Source: Spirochaetia bacterium (GTDB lineage Bacteria; Spirochaetota; Spirochaetia; CAKZLE01). Taken from it: DNA of 64,000 nucleotides. Every line of letters begins with the position of its first letter. Within the stretch, counting starts at the first letter, position 1. Below are positions 27,739 to 37,120 of this stretch, in pieces. Position numbers and translations under genes: made by a program. The stretch lies in the NCBI GenBank assembly GCA_963677595.1, contig OY782041.1, positions 1,344,001 through 1,408,000 of the forward strand, given 5' to 3'. The notes beneath the pieces were generated by a model that saw only the letters and a list, made by a program, of their open reading frames with translations, ran no database searches and had not been told where the DNA came from.

Positions 27739-28925
27739 TCGGGGTCAGCCCCGCCAAACATACCATGCTTCCACAGGTACCCCATCTGGTCCCCATCTTC
27801 CATATAGGCTCGTATCTGAGGGTCATCGGCAGCACGCTGGACGTGAGAATAACCATTCTTCTTCGCCAACCAGAATACCTCAGACAAGTTCGCAGCATTC
27901 AGGAAATCCGGCGAATGGGTCGATATGAACACCTGCCCTCCGCGATCAGCATAGCTCCTGAACTCTTCGGCCAGTTCCCAGAGAAGCCTTGGGTAGAGCT
28001 GGTTTTCAGGTTCCTCTACACATAATAATGGATGCGGGGCAGGATCATACAGAAGAATCAGATATGCGAACATCTTCAATGTACCATCCGATACCCAACG
28101 GTCAATGAAAGGATCCTTGAAAGCCCCATCTGAGAATTTCAATAGCAGCCGTCCATCCGATGTCAATTCAGGGAGAATATCACCTACGCCGGGAACCCGG
28201 TGCTTCATAGCGGTTATAACACGTTGAAAGACCTCAGGTTCATTCTCATACATCCCGCGTGCGACCAGTTGAAGGTTATCGCCATGTACCGTAAGATGTT
28301 CAGCATACCCTGCTGCATCCTTACTCCCTCGTGCAAGATTGATATGAAAATCAGATATATGCCAATTCTCAATGAGTTGGCGGAATGCATTCGCTGCCTT
28401 GAACCGCTGAAACTGCCCCAACCCTTTGATCGCAATCATTCCGGGAGAGTCAAGTGTCTGGAATTCCCGGTCGAGATCTTCATTCTGTTTGTCAAAATCT
28501 TCTTCATTGGTAATAGCATACCCATACCCATTCCTGAAATCCAGGAAATGATAGGGAGACCCATAAGAACCCCGTTTATATCGCAGGATCTCTCTTCTGA
28601 CAACAGGCTTTGCGTTCTCCTCTTCTATCTCAAGGATATACGTCACAAGCCTGTTCTTCCCCGTGATCTTCATCCTGAACTTGATCTCGATATAGATGGA
28701 TTCCCCCACTGCACCTCTGGAGACAACTTCTTTGAATCCGCCTCGGCTCTGGAGGGCTCTATTGACATCGTACGTCAAACAATCCTTGAGAAACCCAAAA
28801 ACATCAAAGAACGTGGTTTTCCCGGAACCATTTGCACCTACCAAAACACATAATGCAGGGAGGTCTTTCATTTCCAGTTCTTTGAATACTTTAAAATTCC
28901 GTAAGGTTATTGATTCGATTCGCAT
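27735..28925 (-). CDS. ABC-type AAA ATPase (AAA_21/AAA_15-like)
   Basis: NFKVF, GANGSGKT Walker A, SDGT signature, VEEPEN.LYP Walker B, STHSP; GGAG RBS before ATG 28925. Confidence 0.9.
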   Translation of the reverse strand: MRIESITLRNFKVFKELEMKDLPALCVLVGANGSGKTTFFDVFGFLKDCLTYDVNRALQSRGGFKEVVSRGAVGESIYIEIKFRMKITGKNRLVTYILEIEEENAKPVVRREILRYKRGSYGSPYHFLDFRNGYGYAITNEEDFDKQNEDLDREFQTLDSPGMIAIKGLGQFQRFKAANAFRQLIENWHISDFHINLARGSKDAAGYAEHLTVHGDNLQLVARGMYENEPEVFQRVITAMKHRVPGVGDILPELTSDGRLLLKFSDGAFKDPFIDRWVSDGTLKMFAYLILLYDPAPHPLLCVEEPENQLYPRLLWELAEEFRSYADRGGQVFISTHSPDFLNAANLSEVFWLAKKNGYSHVQRAADDPQIRAYMEDGDQMGYLWKHGMFGGADPE

Positions 28926-29093
28926 ATCATGTCTCCATCTATACAGATATATCATACCGTTTTTTCAGAAAATGTACATGTGATTCCCTAGAAATCCATA
29001 ATCTATATGATATTACCTCATGTGGACACACCGCTGGTCGGGATACATCACTGCCCTATTGATTCTGTTATGGTATTGCCGTAGGATAACCAT

Positions 29094-30062
29094 ATGACCG
29101 AGTACCGGCTCTCTCCCTATATGAAGAGGATCCTCAAGCTCCAGAACACACTTCAGCCGAAGCGTGTCTGCGACATGACGAGGGAGGAGATCGACAAGCT
29201 CAGTTCCGCCCATATCCCGAACAACAGGCTCACCAGGAGGCTGCTGGGGAAACCGGCTGAGAACATCCTGAAGAAGACCCTGCAGATCCCCGTAGGGGAT
29301 GAATACATCAGGGGATACCTCTTTACCAGGATGGAGCACCCGAACCAGAAGCCTGAGACGGTCAGGTTCGACCGTCCCCTGATCATCTACTTCCACGGCG
29401 GTGGATGGGTCATCGGTCACAACGTCCTCAACGACTTCTTCTGCCAGCGGATCGCGAGCATCACCGACTCGGTCGTACTCTCGATCGATTACCGGCTTGC
29501 TCCTGAACACAAATTCCCCACACCCGTCAGGGATGCAGAAGCGGCTCTCAGCTGGGCAGTAGACCATGCACAAGCCTGGGGTGCCTCACCTTCGCGGGTC
29601 TTCACCATGGGCAGCAGCGCTGGCGGGAACCTTGCTGCCGTCCTCGGACTTAGGAGGAATAACGGCCTGTCCGGCCAGATCCTCATCTACCCGGTGACCG
29701 ACGGCAGGATGAACACCCCGTCCTACGAACGGCATGCCCATGCCCCTGAGCTGGACCGTGAACTCATGGAGTTCTTCATTGGGAGCTACAAGAGAAACGA
29801 TGATGATATCCTGGACCCGGACTTCTCCCCGATGCTGGCGGAGGATGTAGCCATGGCTCCCCCGACCCTGCTGGTCTCAGCGGAGTATGACCCGCTCCAT
29901 GACGAGGGGGTCTTCTACGGTAGGAAACTGGAGGAGGCCGGCGTACCGGTCACCTACCTTGAGTGCAGCAGGATGATACACGGGTTCATCAACTTCCCCG
30001 GTGCAGCCGGTACGGCTGAGACGGAAGCGGCACTCTCCGATTTCATCATGAGCTCCGTATAA
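29094..30062 (+). CDS. Alpha/beta hydrolase (hormone-sensitive lipase family esterase)
   Basis: HGGGW, DYRLAPEH, GSSAGG, D.L.DE and HGF motifs. Confidence 0.92.
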   Translation: MTEYRLSPYMKRILKLQNTLQPKRVCDMTREEIDKLSSAHIPNNRLTRRLLGKPAENILKKTLQIPVGDEYIRGYLFTRMEHPNQKPETVRFDRPLIIYFHGGGWVIGHNVLNDFFCQRIASITDSVVLSIDYRLAPEHKFPTPVRDAEAALSWAVDHAQAWGASPSRVFTMGSSAGGNLAAVLGLRRNNGLSGQILIYPVTDGRMNTPSYERHAHAPELDRELMEFFIGSYKRNDDDILDPDFSPMLAEDVAMAPPTLLVSAEYDPLHDEGVFYGRKLEEAGVPVTYLECSRMIHGFINFPGAAGTAETEAALSDFIMSSV

Positions 30063-30068
30063 TTTTGG

Positions 30069-30347
30069 CTATTTCCTTCTTCTCGGCTTGAAGATCGGGT
30101 GGAAGTACTTCTCCATATCGATCCTGTTGGAGATGAGCCTGATCACCAGGGTATAGATCCCGAAGGAAGCCGCGATCGATGCCAGGAAGGCGAAGAGCAG
30201 GATGAACTGCCCGGCAGTGGCTGATGTATCCTCAGGGAGCAGTGCCCCGAGGATCGCGAGCAGCAGGATGAATACCCCGATCATCAGGATGATGTTCAGG
30301 ACGGAAGCCCCCAGTATAAAGAGTGCGGTATTAACTTTCTTGTTCAT
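30069..30347 (-). CDS. Small two-TM membrane protein downstream of lspA
   Basis: Two hydrophobic helices and a basic C-tail; GAGGAG RBS, overlapping the lspA end. Confidence 0.7.
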   Translation of the reverse strand: MNKKVNTALFILGASVLNIILMIGVFILLLAILGALLPEDTSATAGQFILLFAFLASIAASFGIYTLVIRLISNRIDMEKYFHPIFKPRRRK

Positions 30348-30867
30348 GTTCTCTCCTCATCATGATGATCAATGAGAGTATCAGGAGGATCCCCCCTACC
30401 ACGATACCCGAATCGGCCACATTGAAAGTCGGCCAGCGTTCCAGCCCGAAGATGCCGTAGAACTTGACGTCGATGAAATCGACGACCCCGTTCGGGCGGA
30501 AGATCCTGTCGATCAGGTTCCCGATCCCGCCGCCGATGATCGACGCGATCGCCCACCGCTGGAAGAGCGTGAAATCCTTAGACTTCAGGATATAGAAGAT
30601 CATGCCGGCGATGATGATCACCGGGATCACGATGAACAGCACCATCCTCACCTGGTCGGGAAGTGAATGGCCGAGGCTGAAAGCCACGGCCTTGTTCTGC
30701 ACATGAATGATCCGCAGGAACTCTCCCTCCCCTGACGAGAAGCCGATCCCGTACATCGGGATCTTTGCCACGATCAGGTTCTTGGTGATCTGGTCGGCGA
30801 TGACGATGAACAGCGTCAGGATGAAGGGGATGAGCTTCGTTCGCAAGGGGTATCGGTATTCTGTCAT
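30331..30867 (-). CDS. lspA: Lipoprotein signal peptidase II
   Basis: ADQITK, N..AF, GNLIDR, VVDF and FNVAD motifs. Confidence 0.95.
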   Translation of the reverse strand: MTEYRYPLRTKLIPFILTLFIVIADQITKNLIVAKIPMYGIGFSSGEGEFLRIIHVQNKAVAFSLGHSLPDQVRMVLFIVIPVIIIAGMIFYILKSKDFTLFQRWAIASIIGGGIGNLIDRIFRPNGVVDFIDVKFYGIFGLERWPTFNVADSGIVVGGILLILSLIIMMRREHEQES

Positions 30868-31625
30868 CACAGCCCTGTCGGGATGTCGACGAAGACTGTC
30901 TCAATCCCGAGCTCCTTGTTCATGTAGGATGCCAGCGCCTTCGGTCCGAACACCTCGGTGTCATAATGGCCGCCGGCGAGGAAGTTGATCCTGCTCTCCT
31001 GGCACTGGTGGTATACCTGGTGCAGCGCCTCCCCCGTGATGAAGAGATCGATCGATTTCTCGATCGCCTCCTCCACGCTGGAGGATGCCCCGCCTGATAC
31101 GATCGCCACGGAGGAGATCGAGGAAGCATCCCCGAAGGGGAGCATCGTCGAGTCGACCGACAGGCCGAGCTTGTCCCGTACCGCCTCAAGGCTCATGGTT
31201 TCAGGAAGCCGTCCCATATAACCGATGTTAGCCCCATGGTAGGCGCCGAAGGGCTCGATATCGAGGAGCCCGAGCTTCTTGGCCATGGCTGCATTGTTCC
31301 CGAACACCGGATGGGCATCGAGGGGGAGGTGTGCCGCATAGAGCGCGATGTTGGTACTCACGGCGAACGCCACGCGTTGGTAGTGGGTGTCAGTGATCGC
31401 TATCGGCTTCCCCCAGAAGAGGCCGTGATGCACGAAGAGCATGTCGGCACCGAGGGCTTCCGCCCTCCTCAGGGCTTCATAACAGGCATCCACGGCGAAC
31501 GCGACCCTCTTGACTGTTGGAAGGTCCGCCTCGATCTGCAGGCCGTTCAGGGAGATGTCGGACTTCAGGAACGAGACGATATCGAGCTCGGTATCGAGCC
31601 ACTTGGTTACTTCTTTCAAGTTCAT
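30867..31625 (-). CDS. Nif3-like dinuclear metal-centre protein (YbgI/DUF34)
   Basis: NGLQ, HHGLFW, HLPLDAH..GNN, TGE and GHY.TE motifs. Confidence 0.92.
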   Translation of the reverse strand: MNLKEVTKWLDTELDIVSFLKSDISLNGLQIEADLPTVKRVAFAVDACYEALRRAEALGADMLFVHHGLFWGKPIAITDTHYQRVAFAVSTNIALYAAHLPLDAHPVFGNNAAMAKKLGLLDIEPFGAYHGANIGYMGRLPETMSLEAVRDKLGLSVDSTMLPFGDASSISSVAIVSGGASSSVEEAIEKSIDLFITGEALHQVYHQCQESRINFLAGGHYDTEVFGPKALASYMNKELGIETVFVDIPTGL

Positions 31626-31740
31626 GCTAGCATTATCTGCTACTCACCTGGTTTTTGCAAGTAGGAGGGATGATGAAGAGTATCCTTGATCGGCAGTCCT
31701 TGGCATGGTGCAGAAGAGATAAGGATGATTGGATATAATT

Positions 31741-31835
31741 CGATCATACTGGAATTTAATCCATCTATTTCTATATTTTACGATTATATTAGTATTTTTT
31801 GTATAAATTAAGAAATCTTTCGATTATACTAGAAT
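31741..31835 (+). repeat. Three direct repeats with exact 40-bp period
   Basis: CGATCATACTGGAAT (31741), CGATTATATTAGTAT (31781), CGATTATACTAGAAT (31821). Confidence 0.75.
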
Positions 31836-31836
31836 C

Positions 31837-33057
31837 ATGAAAGATCGTAAATCATATATAGACCATGTCAGCCTGTATAAGAACACTCCGGAATTGATCA
31901 AGGTGATCACTGGTGTAAGGAGGTCAGGGAAATCGACCATCATGAGACTCTATCGTGAGCATCTGCTCTCCCTGGGAATCCCTGCTTCATCGATCATCTC
32001 AATAAACTTCGAAGATTTCCAGTATCGTTCCATCCTCACAGCAGAACTCCTCCATGAGCACCTCCTGCCGCTTCTGGCAGGGGACGGAGTCACCTATATA
32101 CTCCTTGATGAGATACAGATGGTAGAGCACTGGGAAGCTGCCGTGAACTCCCTGCGCCTGGATCGAAGCAATGATATCTACCTTACAGGATCGAATGCAG
32201 CTATCCTCTCCGGCAACATGGCGACACTGCTCTCCGGGAGGTATGTCGAGATCAAGGTCATGCCTCTTTCGTTCCCAGAGTATCTGGAGTTCCATGAAAT
32301 ATCTGATACGGTGGAGGGATTCAACCGATACCTTGAGACCGGGGGGCTTCCAGGACTGATCGACATCCCGCAGAACAGCACGGTGGTCAGCGAATACCTG
32401 AACGGCGTGGTGAACACCATCATCGTCAAGGATATCGCAGCCATGGCTCGAGTACGGGATATCGATATGCTGCGGAAGGTCATTGACTTCCTGGCATCCA
32501 GCATCGGGCAGCAGATCACCGCATCAAAAACGGCACATTACCTGACAAGCACCGGAAGGAAGTGCAGCAATGATACGGTAGATACATACCTGCGGCTGCT
32601 TGAAGATGCGTATATCGTCTATCGTACCGAACGGTATAATATCAAGGGCAAGAACCTCATGAAGACGAACCATAAGTTCTATATGGTGGACATGGGCCTC
32701 CGGAACGCCCTGGTTGGAGCAGTGGGCCAAGATTATGGTTCAGCCCTGGAAAATCTCGTCTTCCTTGAGCTCCTTCGGAGGGGGTATCGAGTGACCACGG
32801 GAAGCTACAAAGAATTCGAGATCGACTTCATCGCGGAGAGACCGGATGAGAAACTCTACATACAGGTATGTGCATCGATCATGGACGAGACGACGAGAGA
32901 CCGGGAGATCCGGTCGCTGAAGTTCCCCGATGATAATTACCCAAAACTGCTCCTGACCATGGATAGGGTCCCCTTCACTGACTTCGATGGGATCAGGCAG
33001 GTCTACATCCCAGATTTCCTGCTATCTCACAAACCAGTCAAGGACAGCCAGGTGTGA
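31837..33057 (+). CDS. AAA_14 ATPase with DUF4143 / C-terminal PD-(D/E)xK-like domain
   Basis: GVRRSGKS, LLDEIQ, TGSN, LSGRY, D.GL, LEN and EIDF...IQV motifs. Confidence 0.9.
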   Translation: MKDRKSYIDHVSLYKNTPELIKVITGVRRSGKSTIMRLYREHLLSLGIPASSIISINFEDFQYRSILTAELLHEHLLPLLAGDGVTYILLDEIQMVEHWEAAVNSLRLDRSNDIYLTGSNAAILSGNMATLLSGRYVEIKVMPLSFPEYLEFHEISDTVEGFNRYLETGGLPGLIDIPQNSTVVSEYLNGVVNTIIVKDIAAMARVRDIDMLRKVIDFLASSIGQQITASKTAHYLTSTGRKCSNDTVDTYLRLLEDAYIVYRTERYNIKGKNLMKTNHKFYMVDMGLRNALVGAVGQDYGSALENLVFLELLRRGYRVTTGSYKEFEIDFIAERPDEKLYIQVCASIMDETTRDREIRSLKFPDDNYPKLLLTMDRVPFTDFDGIRQVYIPDFLLSHKPVKDSQV

Positions 33058-33112
33058 AGGGGATGGCAATAATACAGCTAGGGGTTCTCGTTCATATGCA
33101 TTGACGTCTGGA

Positions 33113-33490
33113 TCACACTCGATGCTTTTCAATCCAAACTTGTATATCAGGCACCTTCCAAGAACCATCAGCAACAGACAAACCCAATTGGACCAAGTCG
33201 TTATCCAGATAATTGATTCGTATCCCGTTAATCTCCAGGAATACATCACACAGATGAACTCCAATTCTCTTGTTCCCATCGATAAATGGATGATTCTGAA
33301 TGAGCCCAAAGCATAAAACCGCTGCTTTTAGCTCTTTTCCAGGGTAGAGTTCTTTTCCATCAAAGGTCTGGAAAGGTGCATATAATGCTGATTCTAAAGA
33401 TCCTTGATCCCTCAATCCCTGGGCTCCACCTGATTCATCAATCAGATACTTATGAATCAGCAAAGTCTGTGTGAGAGAAATCTTGATCAT
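33113..33490 (-). CDS. doc: Doc (death-on-curing) family toxin
   Basis: GLRD..LESA and HPFIDGNKR motifs; overlaps the antitoxin stop codon. Confidence 0.9.
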   Translation of the reverse strand: MIKISLTQTLLIHKYLIDESGGAQGLRDQGSLESALYAPFQTFDGKELYPGKELKAAVLCFGLIQNHPFIDGNKRIGVHLCDVFLEINGIRINYLDNDLVQLGLSVADGSWKVPDIQVWIEKHRV

Positions 33491-33729
33491 TTAGCCAACT
33501 CTCTATATGCAGCCTCATGCCGCTTGAAGGACCTTCTGGAAACTGCCAGCAGTTCCCCATCAGAGATCTGTTCATCCGCAGCAACCTGATCATATGCAAT
33601 GATCACATACTTTGGAGTATTGTTCTTCAATACTACTACAGCCCCTTGCTCATCCACCGTATGTGCAACTTTGGAGAAATTCCGGTTGACCTCCGTGATG
33701 GAGACAAGGTTTCTCATATCAACCAACAT
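33487..33729 (-). CDS. Phd/YefM family antitoxin
   Basis: VSITEVNRNFSKV, VLKNNTPKY; GGAGG RBS; upstream of doc. Confidence 0.88.
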   Translation of the reverse strand: MLVDMRNLVSITEVNRNFSKVAHTVDEQGAVVVLKNNTPKYVIIAYDQVAADEQISDGELLAVSRRSFKRHEAAYRELAK

Positions 33730-33773
33730 AGTTCCCTCCCTCAATTCATCTACATATAGTATAGTATAATTCC

Positions 33774-33789
33774 AGGTTGAATTCCACCT
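33774..33789. promoter_or_regulatory. Probable Phd-Doc autorepression operator
   Basis: Near-palindrome AGGTTGAATTCCACCT just upstream of minus-strand TATACT -10 hexamers. Confidence 0.5.
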
Positions 33790-33929
33790 ATATAGTATGA
33801 TCGCGTATGTTCTGCGCTTCCATCTTCTTACACACCAGCCTCATATCCTGCCGCTATTGTCCTATCTACATCTTTATTAGCAGGCTGGAAACTTGACACC
33901 GGTCCATTACCTACCTATATTGGTATCCT

Positions 33930-35996
33930 ATGGCAAACTTGGAGTTTTCAATACAGGAGATATCCCTCGAGGAGGCCTCCTTCAGCTATGATGCGGGGAC
34001 CGTCGAATCATCGACCCCCTCATCCTTCCACGGGGATATCATCGGGCAGCCGCGTGCCGTGAAGGCGATCGAGATGGGGATCATGATCCCCAGCAAAGGC
34101 TACAACATCTTCGTGACTGGGGAGTCAGGCACCGGCAGGTCCACTGCCATCAGGAAGATCCTCTCAGACCAGCCGTTCGACCCAGCCAGGCTCCATGATA
34201 TCGCCTACGTGAACAACTTCATCAAGCCGGAGAACCCGATCGCCCTCATCCTCGCCCCAGGCGAGGGAAGAAAGCTCGTACTCATGATGCAGGAGGTCAT
34301 CAAGCGCCTCAAGGAGTACATCATCAGCGAGCTGAAGAAGGAGGAGGGACTCGTCACCTCCGAGGGCTTATCAGCTTCCATCGCCGAACCGATCGCCGCG
34401 GTGAAGGCTGCTTTCAATGACCCGAAGGTCGAGCTCTTCGCCGACCAGGCTGCCGCCGATATAGGCTCCGTATCCTATATCTTCAACGGGGTACCGCCGG
34501 AGATGGTGATCAGCACCTCGTTCTTCCAGCGCTATGCCATCAACCTCCTTGTCGACCATGCCGACACGAAGGAGAACCCCGTCCATTTCGAGATGCACCC
34601 GACGCTCTCGAACCTGCTCGGGGCCATCGACATCAAGCATGACTCGAATGACGAGAACCTGCCCTTCCTCTCCATCCATGCGGGGACGCTGCTCGAGGCA
34701 GCCGGGGGCTACCTGATCGTCAATGCGGAGGATATCCTGAAAGAGGAGCAGCTCTGGGACCGGATGAAGCAGGTCCTCAAGACCTCCCAGCTCTATATAC
34801 AGAACAACTCGAGCTCCAACCAGGGCAACGGCGTGCGCCCGGAACCGATTCCTGTCGACATCAAGGTCATAGCCCTCGGCACCGAGGAGCTCTATGACTA
34901 TCTCTATAACAACGACCTCGACTTCTACAAGCTCTTCAAGGTATCTGCCGAGTTCGATTTCTCCATGCCCTCCACGCAGGAGAACATCGGGAACTATATC
35001 GGGTTCATCAGGATGATCACCGAGGAGGAGAAGCTGCTGCCCGTGGACATCTCGGGGATCCTGGAGATCCTTCGGTACGGGTCGTTCCTCGTGGAGCAGC
35101 GCAATGAGCTGAGCACGCAGTTCTCGCTCATCGCGGACCTCATCCGGGAAGCCCACTACCATGCCGTGAAATCGGGGGAGTCTGTCATCTCCGGGGATAC
35201 GATCCTCACCTCTCGGGAAGAACGGGACTACCTCTCCAGCCTCCCCGAGGCGAAGATCATCGAGCAGATCCTCACCGGGGAGATGCTCATCCACCTCGAG
35301 GGATCGAAGATCGGGGTCGTGAACGCCCTCGCGGTCCTCGACCGGGGATACTACAGCTTCGGGATCCCTACCGTGATCTCGGCCACGGTCGCTCCCGGCA
35401 CGGAGGGGATCGTGAACATCGAGCACGAGGCGGGCCTGTCTGGGGAGATCCATGACAAGGGGCTGCTGATCCTCGAGGGCTACCTGCGCAAGATGTATGC
35501 GCGGAACTTTCCGCTCTCGATCTATTCCGGCATCTGCTTCGAGCAATCCTATGCTGAGGTGGACGGGGACTCCGCCTCCTCGAGCGAGCTCTACGCCCTG
35601 CTGTCAGCCATCGGGGAGATCCCCATCCGACAGGATATCGCGGTGACAGGGTCGGTGAACCAGACCGGCGAGGTCCAGCCGGTCGGCGGCATCAACGAGA
35701 AGATCACCGGCTTCTTCCGTATCTGCCGGCACCGGGGCCTGACTGGACACCAGGGGGTGATCATTCCCAGGATGAACATCAGGAACCTGATCCTCCCGCA
35801 GTATGTGCTTGATGCGATAGCAGAGCGCAAGTTCCACATCTACCCCGTGAACACGATCGACGAGGGGATGCAGATCCTCTCACAGAGGAAGGCCGGGGGC
35901 CGCACCACCAAGGGCCTCTTTCCCCCGAACACGATCAACCGGATCGTGGAGGACCAGCTCAAACACCTCTCCAGCATCTCCCGAGCCAATAATTAG
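33930..35996 (+). CDS. Lon-like protease (LonC type, AAA_32 + Lon_C)
   Basis: IGQ.RA, degenerate Walker A GESGTGRS, EQSY..VDGDSAS (catalytic Ser) and VGGINEKI (Lys). Confidence 0.88.
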   Translation: MANLEFSIQEISLEEASFSYDAGTVESSTPSSFHGDIIGQPRAVKAIEMGIMIPSKGYNIFVTGESGTGRSTAIRKILSDQPFDPARLHDIAYVNNFIKPENPIALILAPGEGRKLVLMMQEVIKRLKEYIISELKKEEGLVTSEGLSASIAEPIAAVKAAFNDPKVELFADQAAADIGSVSYIFNGVPPEMVISTSFFQRYAINLLVDHADTKENPVHFEMHPTLSNLLGAIDIKHDSNDENLPFLSIHAGTLLEAAGGYLIVNAEDILKEEQLWDRMKQVLKTSQLYIQNNSSSNQGNGVRPEPIPVDIKVIALGTEELYDYLYNNDLDFYKLFKVSAEFDFSMPSTQENIGNYIGFIRMITEEEKLLPVDISGILEILRYGSFLVEQRNELSTQFSLIADLIREAHYHAVKSGESVISGDTILTSREERDYLSSLPEAKIIEQILTGEMLIHLEGSKIGVVNALAVLDRGYYSFGIPTVISATVAPGTEGIVNIEHEAGLSGEIHDKGLLILEGYLRKMYARNFPLSIYSGICFEQSYAEVDGDSASSSELYALLSAIGEIPIRQDIAVTGSVNQTGEVQPVGGINEKITGFFRICRHRGLTGHQGVIIPRMNIRNLILPQYVLDAIAERKFHIYPVNTIDEGMQILSQRKAGGRTTKGLFPPNTINRIVEDQLKHLSSISRANN

Positions 35997-36095
35997 TATG
36001 ATTGGTATGAAAAGTATGAATTAATTTGACTCCTCCCCTATTTATGAGTATCTTTCCCATGAAGCAAGACGGGGAAAACCCCGGGGAGGTGAATT

Positions 36096-36326
36096 ATGGC
36101 AGTTAAACTCTATTCAACACCCACATGCGGGTACTGCAAGATGGCAAAGAGCTACTTTCAGAAGAACAATATCGCGTTTACCGAATTCAACGTCGCCCAG
36201 GATATGAAGCGGGCACAGGAGATGGTCAGCAAGTCAGGTCAGATGGGTGTTCCCGTCATCGATGTCAACGGGCAGGTCATCGTTGGGTTCAACCGACCGG
36301 CGATCGAGAAGGCGCTGAAGCGCTAA
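36096..36326 (+). CDS. Glutaredoxin-like protein (NrdH/YruB family)
   Basis: CGYC, GVPV and IVGF motifs; GGAGGT RBS; TTGACT-17-TATCTT promoter at 36026-36054. Confidence 0.92.
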   Translation: MAVKLYSTPTCGYCKMAKSYFQKNNIAFTEFNVAQDMKRAQEMVSKSGQMGVPVIDVNGQVIVGFNRPAIEKALKR

Positions 36327-37120
36327 TCCACATCCAGTGCAGTGAACCAGTGCTGCATGAGGATGCCAAAGGCCACTGAGACATTCAGCGAGCCTTTGGT
36401 TCCGGCAAGCGGGATCGTAACCCGGCCAAGTGAGCGGTCAGCCAGGGAGAGCATCTCAGGGCTGACGCCAAGCTCCTCCGAGCCGATGATCACGGTCCCC
36501 CTTGCCGGAAACGGGAAAGTTTCAATCGGAGTTCCCCCGAGTTCAAGAGCGAATATCGGGTCAGAGTCTGAGAAGGAGAGGTCTCCCGGGGCCATCGGCT
36601 CCCAGGGTACCGTATCCAGACAGCCCCTGGCCGTCCTTATCGCCCTCGGGTGCTCCGGTGTCGATGTCCCTTCACCTACAAATATCCGCTCCACCCCGAA
36701 CGAATCAGCGGTCCGGAACACGGACCCCACATTGAACGGGGAGCGGAGCCGATCCAGGTAGACCCTGACCGGGTACTGTCTCCTGACAGACCCGTCGAGC
36801 GCACCACCCTCATCTACGAAATCCCAGTCAGCCACAGGAGCCCCGATCTCATCGAGCAGGAGGTAATACAGGTCATCGAGTAAGACCACAACATCCTGCT
36901 GACCGAGAGAGGAGATCCTTCCCGATGCAGTCTGCAGGCGCTCACCTGTCGGTATACTGAGGCTTGCCAGCAGCTCGGGGAGGCTTACCATCCCCCTGAT
37001 GTAGTCAAGATCTATCGCTTCACCACGTGCTGCAGCCCGGCTGTACTCCCTGCAGAGGTGGGCGACCTTCCGGATCCGTGTGCGATCCTTCAGGCTGGAG
37101 AGCTTCTTCAGGGTGATCAA
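36323..37120 (-). CDS. TrmH/SpoU family RNA methyltransferase
   Basis: NVGSVFRTA, GSEELG and SLNVSVA motifs. Confidence 0.88.
   Translation of the reverse strand: MITLKKLSSLKDRTRIRKVAHLCREYSRAAARGEAIDLDYIRGMVSLPELLASLSIPTGERLQTASGRISSLGQQDVVVLLDDLYYLLLDEIGAPVADWDFVDEGGALDGSVRRQYPVRVYLDRLRSPFNVGSVFRTADSFGVERIFVGEGTSTPEHPRAIRTARGCLDTVPWEPMAPGDLSFSDSDPIFALELGGTPIETFPFPARGTVIIGSEELGVSPEMLSLADRSLGRVTIPLAGTKGSLNVSVAFGILMQHWFTALDVD

Noticed and set aside
31741-31835. 40-bp periodic repeats considered as a mini-CRISPR
   Set aside because: Repeats are only 15 bp, degenerate, in three copies, overlap a promoter, and no cas genes are present; kept as an operator-like array.
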